This document shows, one piece after another, positions 27,160 through 35,356 of a stretch of DNA of 36,936 nt. This DNA comes from an uncultured Candidatus Saccharibacteria bacterium (lineage in GTDB: Bacteria; Patescibacteriota; Doudnabacteria; UBA920). The stretch is taken from NCBI GenBank assembly GCA_964523855.1, contig CAZGAF010000005.1, positions 3,357 through 40,292 on the forward strand. Reading direction: 5' to 3'. The position numbers and the translations under genes are program-made. The notes beneath the pieces are model-generated. The model was not told the origin of the DNA and made no database searches. It saw only the letters and a program-made list of their open reading frames with translations. Position 1 is the first letter of the stretch, and each line of letters begins with the position of its first letter.

Positions 27160-27216
27160 TGGTAGCGGAGGGTGGAATTGCACCACCGATCCGCCTGAGG
27201 CGGACTTATGAGTCCC
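27160..27216 (-). pseudogene. tRNA-Met 3'-half copy with inserted hairpin
   Basis: 30 nt (27160-27189) are identical to the 3' end of the adjacent tRNA-Met (T arm, acceptor and CCA). Next comes the hairpin TCCGCC-tga-GGCGGA (27190-27204) in place of 'CCCAAGG', then CTTATGAGTCCC, which is the anticodon loop plus stem. It starts 2 nt after the full tRNA. Confidence 0.7.
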
Positions 27217-27218
27217 TT

Positions 27219-27295
27219 TGGTAGCGGAGGGTGGAATTGCACCACCGACCTTGGGCTTATGAGTCCCACGCTCTAACTAACTGAGCTACTCCGCC
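27219..27295 (-). tRNA. tRNA with CAU anticodon (elongator Met or Ile2), CCA encoded, non-canonical T-loop
   Basis: GGCGGAG TA GCTC AGTTAGTTA GAGC G TGGGA CTCATAA GCCCA AGGTC GGTGG TGCAATT CCACC CTCCGCT A CCA. It has a G1:U72 wobble, an A31/G39 mismatch and the T-loop UGCAAUU (G at position 55). Confidence 0.8.
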
Positions 27296-27551
27296 GCGCT
27301 AAGCGCGGCATCAGTCACGCTAAGCGTGACCGCCACGCGCTATTCCGAACAAAATAAATCCCGCGGACAGCGGGAAAATCTGTCACGATTTTATATTATA
27401 CTTGTCGCCTACGCAACCACGGTACAACCATTAAAAAATGGGGCCCCCGAATTTTTGCTTTGAAAAATTTGGGGCAAGGAGCAATATCCTGAACGATGTG
27501 TAGTTCCAAATCTGAATTTGGAACGAAACTAAGTGATGGATGATTGACCCG

Positions 27552-27607
27552 TGGTTGCGGGACCCGGACTCGAACCGGGAATCCGCCTGGGCGGATTATG
27601 ATTCCGC
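27552..27607 (-). pseudogene. tRNA-fMet 3'-half copy with inserted hairpin
   Basis: 30 nt (27552-27581) are identical to 27904-27933 (T arm, acceptor and CCA). Next come TCCGCC-tg-GGCGGA (27582-27595) in place of 'CCTGAAGG' and then TTATGAT (anticodon-loop-like). It abuts the GIY-YIG stop codon. GCGGA-AUCAUAA-UCCGC can alternatively fold as an anticodon-arm mimic. Confidence 0.7.
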
Positions 27608-27853
27608 TTAAGATTTTATCACACTTTTTAAAAATGCGCGTCCTTTACCCGTTTTAAAAAACTTTTCTCGCTTTAACGCATCGGTTCGCGTTTCAAACTT
27701 TTCAAAATATACCAACTCCCAAGGCCCCTTACCCTTTGTATAGTATGGTTACCAACTCTCACCTTTATGTTGATCAATTCTAAAGGACAAATAACGAGTT
27801 GACCCTTTATACAAAATCCCTTCGGGATTTTTTAAAATATATACGTAATACAT
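27608..27853 (-). pseudogene. GIY-YIG nuclease-domain ORF (about 81 codons) interrupted by one in-frame TAA
   Basis: It is invisible in the ORF track because both pieces are under 60 aa. Manual translation gives MYYVYILKNPEGILYKGSTRYLSFRIDQHKGESW*PYYTKGKGPWELVYFEKFETRTDALKREKFFKTGKGRAFLKSVIKS*. This shows the GIY (YVYIL), YIG (LYKGST), R and E (ALKREK) pattern of small URI-domain proteins. The internal TAA is at 27749-27751. Confidence 0.75.
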
Positions 27854-27903
27854 AGGGCAACCAAGAGAAAACTCCAATTATAATTTATATTGAAGGGCTC
27901 GCT

Positions 27904-27979
27904 TGGTTGCGGGACCCGGACTCGAACCGGGAACCTTCAGGTTATGAGCCTGACGAGCTGCCAATTGCTCTATCCCGCG
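27904..27979 (-). tRNA. Initiator tRNA-fMet (CAU), CCA encoded
   Basis: CGCGGGA TA GAGC AATTGGCA GCTC G TCAGG CTCATAA CCTGA AGGTT CCCGG TTCGAGT CCGGG TCCCGCA A CCA. The C1/A72 mismatch and the A11:U24 pair are bacterial initiator hallmarks. Only two of the three usual G:C pairs are present at the bottom of the anticodon stem. Confidence 0.85.
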
Positions 27980-27998
27980 ATGTATCTTTGCTTCTGTA

Positions 27999-28027
27999 AT
28001 TATACTTAAAACTTTTAAAAATAGCAA
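27999..28027 (-). promoter_or_regulatory. Candidate promoter for tRNA-fMet
   Basis: On the minus strand: TTGCTA (28027-28022), a 17-nt spacer, then TATAAT (28004-27999). It lies about 20 nt upstream of the tRNA 5' end. Confidence 0.5.
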
Positions 28028-28036
28028 GCACAAGCA

Positions 28037-28078
28037 GGAACATAAAACCACCCTAGTTTTGGGGTGGTTTTATGTTCC
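28037..28078. terminator. Strong bidirectional hairpin/terminator
   Basis: GGAACATAAAACCACCC-8 nt-GGGTGGTTTTATGTTCC forms a 17-bp stem. On either strand the GC core is followed by TTTTATGTT. Confidence 0.65.
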
Positions 28079-28100
28079 GTAAAACGGATTTGTAAGAAGA

Positions 28101-28172
28101 CTAGCTGCGCTTCTTTTTGGAAGCGGTTTTTTTCTTAGCTACTTTCTTCTTAGCTTTTTTCTTGACAGCCAT
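28101..28172 (-). CDS. Candidate 23-aa lysine-rich small ORF
   Basis: MAVKKKAKKKVAKKKTASKKKRS*. The SD AAGGGAGAG ends 4 nt before the ATG, a 9-bp hairpin (28186-28220) lies just upstream, and the terminator hairpin starts 23 nt after the stop. The case rests on compositional and positional evidence only. Confidence 0.3.
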   Translation of the reverse strand: MAVKKKAKKKVAKKKTASKKKRS

Positions 28173-28330
28173 GTGGCTCTCCCTTGAAAGCATTCTGCTG
28201 AGTTTTGGCCTAATGCTTTCTTAATTTTCTACTTCCGCATAAATGCGGATTAGTAGTAAAAAAATTTCGCTGCTGACGTTTCTGTTTTTTCTTGGTTTCT
28301 TTTGCGACTTTTTATTTCAATAAAATAATT

Positions 28331-29047
28331 TTATCGTGTTTTAAAAAATTTGTCAAGATTTTTTTCGTCAATTAAACACTTCAACAACTTTTTTTTCTGT
28401 GTTGAATTTTTTAACTTATCTACTTCACTTAAAATTTTATTTCTGCTTAAAGTTCCCAAACAAGAAAATTTATTTTTTATTGCTAAGTAGCTTTCTGTTT
28501 CGATTTTAAAATCTAATTCTAAAGCAAACCTAAAAGCTCTAACAATTCTTAACGGATCTTCTATAATTCTTTTTTTCGGCTCACCAACAAATTTAATTTG
28601 TTTCTTTTTTAAATCTTCTATTCCGCCATGAAAGTCCAAAACTTTACCGTCTTTTAAGCTTAAATATAAGGAGTTTATGGTAAAATCTCTTCTTTCGCTG
28701 TCTTTTTTTACGTCAGTAATAAATACAGTTTTAGGGTAACGAGATGTACCATAGACTTCTTTTCTAAAAGTAGCAACAGCAACAGCTTCGGTATCTTTTA
28801 AAGCAATTATAATACCAAGGTTTTTATAGGTTTGGTTAAAATCCAAATAATGTTTTTTTAAAATTTCTGCCACTGCTTCCGGCTTTGCGCTAGTTGCGAT
28901 GTCTATGTCTTTTGGTGTGCGGCTTAAAAGTATATCGCGCACTGTACCGCCAACGAAAAAAGTTTGCTTGAAGTTTTCCACAAGCAAACTATATATTTCG
29001 CAACCAAACTTTTCCATTTCAGAAGATGGCTGATATTTAAATTTCAT
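28331..29047 (-). CDS. Short tRNA nucleotidyltransferase / poly(A) polymerase family protein (CCA-adding-type head and neck only)
   Basis: 238 aa. Motifs are 'FFVGGTVRDILLSRTPKDIDIAT' (GGxVRD..DxD), 'ERRDFTINSLY' and 'EDPLRIVRAFRFALEL'. The body/tail region of full-length class II enzymes is missing. It starts 10 nt after the atpC stop. Confidence 0.75.
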   Translation of the reverse strand: MKFKYQPSSEMEKFGCEIYSLLVENFKQTFFVGGTVRDILLSRTPKDIDIATSAKPEAVAEILKKHYLDFNQTYKNLGIIIALKDTEAVAVATFRKEVYGTSRYPKTVFITDVKKDSERRDFTINSLYLSLKDGKVLDFHGGIEDLKKKQIKFVGEPKKRIIEDPLRIVRAFRFALELDFKIETESYLAIKNKFSCLGTLSRNKILSEVDKLKNSTQKKKLLKCLIDEKNLDKFFKTR

Positions 29048-29057
29048 GCTAAATAAA

Positions 29058-29510
29058 TTATTCTTCTAGCACACCTTCGGAAGTAATAGGATTTTTTCGG
29101 CGTGATTTTTTTCGAGCAATATTTAACCTGGCCAAACTTCTTTCCAAAGCAGCCGCAACCTTTGCATACTCTTCTTGGTTTGCTCTAACTTCTTTCATCG
29201 CAACCTCCGCGCGCTTTTTTGCTTCCTCGGCACGCTTTAAGTCTATTTCAAAGGAGTGCTCCGCCGCATCTGCCAACACAACAACTTTGCTCTGTGCTTG
29301 AATCTGCACAAACCCGCCGGCAACATTTAACAAATATTCTTCGTCCTTGGTTTTAGCTTTCATTTCACCCGGAACTAAAGTGGCAACCAAGGGCTCATGG
29401 TTAGGCAAAATAGTTATTTGTCCCATAGAAGTTGGGCAAGTCAAACTCAACAATTCCATATCCAGAACTGTTTTTTCAGGAGTTACTAATTTGAAGTTGA
29501 TTAAGTTCAT
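29058..29510 (-). CDS. atpC: F1 ATP synthase subunit epsilon
   Basis: 150 aa. 'FKLVTPEKTVLDMELLSLTCPTSMGQITILPNHEPLVATLVPGEM' is the beta-sandwich, followed by the C-terminal helical hairpin. Confidence 0.9.
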   Translation of the reverse strand: MNLINFKLVTPEKTVLDMELLSLTCPTSMGQITILPNHEPLVATLVPGEMKAKTKDEEYLLNVAGGFVQIQAQSKVVVLADAAEHSFEIDLKRAEEAKKRAEVAMKEVRANQEEYAKVAAALERSLARLNIARKKSRRKNPITSEGVLEE

Positions 29511-29564
29511 ATTTATTAAGTTATCTACCAGACACTCTGTAGCTTATTTCGTAATTAGTAGAAT

Positions 29565-30956
<1,392 letters not shown>

Positions 30957-31060
30957 TCAGATATATGCAGACAGTACAGATAATGTCGATACCACAAATG
31001 TTTTCACATCTGCATTATCGGTATCATCGGTATTTTATCCGCTGATCTGTATCTTACTTA

Positions 31061-31945
31061 TTATTCTAAAGCGATTTTGCCGGATGTAATTTCGGCAAGT
31101 TCGGTTGTTATCTTATTTTGTCTTAATTGGTTAAAGGTAAGAGTCAGGTCAGAAATCAAATCCCCAGCCGCTTCTGTTGCATTTTTCATCATTATCATTC
31201 TTGCGCTATGTTCGCCAGCTTCTGCTTCCAACACCGCTTGGTAAATTTGACTTTCTAGAATTCTCGGAACCAAATGGTTAAGTACTTCATCTAAACCCGG
31301 TTCAAAAACATAGTCTATGTCGTTGGCTGTTGGAGCATTATCTGTATCTTCCAGTTCTTTAAGTAATTCGTCAGAGAAAGGCAAAAGTTGTTTTAAAACC
31401 GGCTTTTGACTTAGGGTGGAATTAAAAAAGTTATAAATTAAATAAAATTTACTATATTCCCCTTTTTCGTAGGCTTCGCTTATAAAATGCGACAAAGGAT
31501 AAATGTCTTCGATTTTAGGACTTTTCTCTACTTTTTGGAAATCTGCTGTTATAGCTTTACCAATTCTGCTAGCCAGTATCTGTCCCTTTTTTCCGTAAGT
31601 TATAAGCTCAATCTCGCCTTTCTCGCCCGCTTCGGCCAAAACCTGCTTTAAGGAATATAAAAGGTTAGCATTTAAACTTCCTACCAAACCTTTGTTAGAG
31701 GAAATTAGCATTACGCCAACTTTTTTTGCTTCCGGATAAGCTTTTAACAGCGGGTGGCTAAATGGTCCTTTGCGGCTTAAATTCTTTATGATCTCCCAAG
31801 CCATTTCAGAGTAACTACGGGACGAGACGGTAGCGTTTTGCGCACGCTTCATTTTTGCCGCAGAAACCATTTGCATAGCACGCGTAATCTTTCTTGTACC
31901 TCTTATGCTTTTTATTCGAATTTTTAATTCTTTAATTCCTGCCAT
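31061..31945 (-). CDS. atpG: F1 ATP synthase subunit gamma
   Basis: 294 aa. The N-terminal 'IKELKIRIKSIRGTRKITRAMQMVSAAKMKRAQ' and the C-terminal 'LTLTFNQLRQNKITTELAEITSG' are both typical of gamma. Confidence 0.95.
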   Translation of the reverse strand: MAGIKELKIRIKSIRGTRKITRAMQMVSAAKMKRAQNATVSSRSYSEMAWEIIKNLSRKGPFSHPLLKAYPEAKKVGVMLISSNKGLVGSLNANLLYSLKQVLAEAGEKGEIELITYGKKGQILASRIGKAITADFQKVEKSPKIEDIYPLSHFISEAYEKGEYSKFYLIYNFFNSTLSQKPVLKQLLPFSDELLKELEDTDNAPTANDIDYVFEPGLDEVLNHLVPRILESQIYQAVLEAEAGEHSARMIMMKNATEAAGDLISDLTLTFNQLRQNKITTELAEITSGKIALE

Positions 31946-31946
31946 A

Positions 31947-32408
31947 TTATTTTTTTACAGAATCTGGGTTGATTATTATTAAATCTGCGCTTTTTATACT
32001 TGAATTAGAAATGTGCTCTACTAAGTTCGGATTATAAATATAAACGTATAAGTCCGGGTTTAAACCTTTCCTTGCTGCCATACTCGTCAGCATTTCTACA
32101 GTTGTTACTTCTTCAACCAATAAGTACTTCTGTGGGTATTGTTGTAACTCCGTAACTCTTTGCAAACCAACGACCGAAGTAATTTCCGGTTTTATACTTT
32201 CTCTGTTTCCCAACTCACTTTGAAACCTGTTTCTTAACTCGCTTTTTCCAGCATTAGGTTCGCCCGTTATAACAATTAAAACCATTCCGCCTTTTTCTGT
32301 GTATTTTTTTTCGGCTATGCTTTTCAAGCGAGCCAGCCCGGACTCCAAACCAGTCTCGGTTTTTTCCGAACTTTGCAGTCGTTCAAAATTTCCAAATTCA
32401 GGAGGCAT
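31947..32408 (-). CDS. Small P-loop NTPase-like protein of unknown function, embedded between atpA and atpG
   Basis: 153 aa. Walker A is 'ITGEPNAGKS' and a possible Walker B is 'KYLLVEEV'. Its start overlaps the atpA stop (TAATG) and its stop is 1 nt from the atpG ATG. Confidence 0.65.
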   Translation of the reverse strand: MPPEFGNFERLQSSEKTETGLESGLARLKSIAEKKYTEKGGMVLIVITGEPNAGKSELRNRFQSELGNRESIKPEITSVVGLQRVTELQQYPQKYLLVEEVTTVEMLTSMAARKGLNPDLYVYIYNPNLVEHISNSSIKSADLIIINPDSVKK

Positions 32409-33907
32409 TATTTTACAGTTTCTACAAAAGCCTTAATTGCTTCTTTTAACTTAGTTTCAGTTTCTTCGCTAATCTCTTTCTTTTCAGCAATCGCCTGCAA
32501 AACTTCTTTAGCGTTAACTTTCATGTGCTGGTGAAAAGCTTTTTCAGTTTCAGCCATTTTTTCTACAGCAATAGAATTTAAGTAGCCGTTAGATACGGCA
32601 TAAATTATAGTCACTTGCTGTTCCAAAGAAAGCGGAGAGTACTGCGGCTGCTTCAAAATTTCAGTCAGTCTTCGGCCAAGCTCAAGCTGATTCTTTGTAT
32701 TTTCGTCTAAGTCAGAGCCGAATTGGGCAAAGGCTTCAAGTTCTCTAAACTGAGCCAAACTAAGCTTTAGCTTACCAGCCACCTTTTTCATAGCTTTAGT
32801 TTGAGCCGCGCTACCTACACGAGACACGGAGATACCAACGTTTAAAGCTGGACGAATACCTTTGTAGAAAAGGTCTGACTCCAAGAATATCTGTCCGTCC
32901 GTAATAGAAATAACATTAGTCGGAATATAGGCAGAAACGTCACCAGCTTGGGTTTCAATAATAGGCAAAGCTGTCAAAGAGCCGCCGCCAAAATTTTTAT
33001 TAAGCTTTGCTGCTCTTTCCAAAAGTCTGGAGTGTAAATAAAATACATCTCCAGGATAAGCTTCGCGTCCCGGCGGTCTTCTTAAAAGCAAAGAAATTTC
33101 TCTATAGGCAACAGCCTGTTTAGATAAATCATCATAGACCACCAAAACATCTTTGCCCTGATCCATAAAGTATTCGCCCATAGCGGTAGCAGCATAAGGA
33201 GCTAAGAAAGACATGGCCGAAGGCTCGGAAGCGGAAGCGGAAACTACAATAGTGTAGTCCATAGCCCCGTTCTCTTTTAAAACTTCGGTAATTTTAGCGA
33301 CCTTGCTTTCTTTTTGTCCGACAGCAACATAAATACAAACCATGTTCTGATTTTTTTGGTTTATAATTGTATCTATAGCCACAGCCGTTTTACCTGTTTG
33401 ACGGTCGCCAATTATAAGTTCACGCTGTCCTCTACCGATTGGAATGAGCGCGTCTATGGCCTTAATGCCGGTTTGTACCGGCTGGTTAACTCCCTGCCTG
33501 GTAATAACGCCAGGCGCAATTTTTTCTACTGGATAAAACTTAGCTGCTTTAATTTCACCTTTACCATCTTTAGCTTCGCCCAATGCACCCACGGTCCTGC
33601 CTATTAAAGATTCACCGACAGGCACAGACAAAATTTTACCGGTAGGTTTTACAACGCTACCCACTTTAATATCGGCAAAATCACCTAGCACAATCGCTCC
33701 AACCTGGTTTTCTTCCAAGTTTAGCGCAACACCCATGGAGCCATTTTCAAACTGAAGCATTTCCATGCTGGCAGCTTCGGTTAAACCAGCTACACGAGCT
33801 ATACCGTCCGCAACTTCCAAAACATACCCAACTTTTTCAACTTTGGCCGAAGGCTCAAAAGCGTTTATCTTACTTTTTAACTGTTCAATTAAATTTGTTT
33901 GCGACAT
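32408..33907 (-). CDS. atpA: F1 ATP synthase subunit alpha
   Basis: 499 aa with the 'GDRQTGKTA' P-loop, '[27 protein letters not shown]' and 'ITDGQIFLE'. Confidence 0.97.
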   Translation of the reverse strand: MSQTNLIEQLKSKINAFEPSAKVEKVGYVLEVADGIARVAGLTEAASMEMLQFENGSMGVALNLEENQVGAIVLGDFADIKVGSVVKPTGKILSVPVGESLIGRTVGALGEAKDGKGEIKAAKFYPVEKIAPGVITRQGVNQPVQTGIKAIDALIPIGRGQRELIIGDRQTGKTAVAIDTIINQKNQNMVCIYVAVGQKESKVAKITEVLKENGAMDYTIVVSASASEPSAMSFLAPYAATAMGEYFMDQGKDVLVVYDDLSKQAVAYREISLLLRRPPGREAYPGDVFYLHSRLLERAAKLNKNFGGGSLTALPIIETQAGDVSAYIPTNVISITDGQIFLESDLFYKGIRPALNVGISVSRVGSAAQTKAMKKVAGKLKLSLAQFRELEAFAQFGSDLDENTKNQLELGRRLTEILKQPQYSPLSLEQQVTIIYAVSNGYLNSIAVEKMAETEKAFHQHMKVNAKEVLQAIAEKKEISEETETKLKEAIKAFVETVK

Positions 33908-33980
33908 AATATTATTATCCTTTATCTTTTATCGTTAATCCTTTACCGTAAAAGATGAAGGATTAAAGATCAAGGATGCT

Positions 33981-34373
33981 CTACTCCTGTAAGCTTTTAC
34001 TTAATTTATTTAGTTGCTCTTTAATGCTGGCATCGACAAGCTTATCGCCAACTCTCATAACTAACCCACCCACCAAGCCTTCATCGACTTTTTTTTGAAT
34101 CTCCAGGTCAGTTTTTACAGCTTTATTTAAACCCTCTACCACTCCAGAACTTAAATTCATTTCACGAGCCGTGCTGACTTCGGCAATTTTTATACCACTC
34201 TCGCCAAGCTTTAGTTCTGTAAGTTCTTTTTCAATTTCAGAATATTTACCAACGTCGCCGTTCTGGGCCAAAATTTTTACAAAGTTATCCAAAACTTTTT
34301 CTTGGTCTCCTGGCTGAGTCTCACTCAAAGCCTCATAAAGACTTTGGGCATATTGTTTAGAAGTATACCTCAT
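33981..34373 (-). CDS. atpH: F1 ATP synthase subunit delta (OSCP), short form
   Basis: 130 aa, which I recall as shorter than the usual bacterial delta. The N-terminal 'YAQSLYEAL' and the C-terminal 'GGLVMRVGDKLVDASIKEQLNKL' are typical of delta. Confidence 0.8.
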   Translation of the reverse strand: MRYTSKQYAQSLYEALSETQPGDQEKVLDNFVKILAQNGDVGKYSEIEKELTELKLGESGIKIAEVSTAREMNLSSGVVEGLNKAVKTDLEIQKKVDEGLVGGLVMRVGDKLVDASIKEQLNKLSKSLQE

Positions 34374-34377
34374 GCTT

Positions 34378-34935
34378 TTATGCTGTTATGCTTTTTACTG
34401 TTTTTTCTATAAGCTCTTTATCCTTTTTATCGGTAATTTTCTCCATTAAAATCTTTTCGGTAGCTGTTGTAACCATGCCAGCAATTTCTCCCTTTGCTTC
34501 CTGAATAGACTTTTTCTTTTCTTCTTCAATTTTATCTTTTGCCTGTCTAACTACCTGCTCTTGCTCTTGTTTAGTTTTTAAAAGCGCCTCTGCTTTTTCT
34601 TTACTCGCTTCATCTTGCGCCAACAAAACTATTTCGGAAGCCTTCTTGTTTGCAGCAGCAACCGCTTCGTTCTTCCACTTCTCGAATTCCTGCTTTTCTT
34701 TTTCTATATCTTCAGCATCCTGCAAAGCTTTTTCGATTTTAAGTCTTCTCTCTTCCAGCTTTTTTCCAACTGGAGTAAACACGTACCTATTTAAAACAAA
34801 TAAAACAATACTAAAATTCAACAACTGGGCCAAAAAAAGCTTCCAGTTAATTCCAAGCGTACCTAAAACCCCGGTTTCAGCTTCGACTGCAGCTGCTTCA
34901 GAAGCCGCGTGAGCAATATGCACAAATTCGATCAT
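34378..34935 (-). CDS. atpF: Fo ATP synthase subunit b
   Basis: 185 aa. One TM helix (WKLFLAQLLNFSIVLFVL) is followed by a long charged helix. Confidence 0.85.
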   Translation of the reverse strand: MIEFVHIAHAASEAAAVEAETGVLGTLGINWKLFLAQLLNFSIVLFVLNRYVFTPVGKKLEERRLKIEKALQDAEDIEKEKQEFEKWKNEAVAAANKKASEIVLLAQDEASKEKAEALLKTKQEQEQVVRQAKDKIEEEKKKSIQEAKGEIAGMVTTATEKILMEKITDKKDKELIEKTVKSITA

Positions 34936-35008
34936 AAAATTCTTAAAATTATTATATATTAAGTATCAAATCTAGTCTGAGTTTTTAAAACTCAGACCGA
35001 TTTAAAAC

Positions 35009-35275
<267 letters not shown>

Positions 35276-35356
35276 TTAAATTTTAACGTCCGCTGGTGGA
35301 ATTAATTAGCGTCTAATTCCAAACCCCAAAAAAGGGTCTGGTATTAAAAGCTTATT

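Noticed and set aside
27749-27751. In-frame TAA in the GIY-YIG ORF as evidence for stop-codon reassignment
   Set aside because: All long, well-conserved genes in the window terminate and read normally with the standard bacterial code. TAA is the commonest genuine stop here, so a pseudogene, or less likely a sequencing error, is the simpler explanation.
26575-28330. Possibility that the ORF-free 1.75 kb hides RNase P RNA, tmRNA, SRP RNA or a CRISPR array
   Set aside because: I looked for GGAAAGUCCGG / ACAGAACCCGGCUUA (RNase P), a tmRNA-type ...CUCCACCA end with a tag ORF, and the SRP GGAAGCAGCC motif. Only a weak resemblance turned up (GTAAAGTCGGAGCCCC, minus strand around 27061-27085). The repeated hairpins are irregularly spaced and of different sequence, so this is not a CRISPR array. 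A covariance-model scan (Rfam/Infernal) would settle it.
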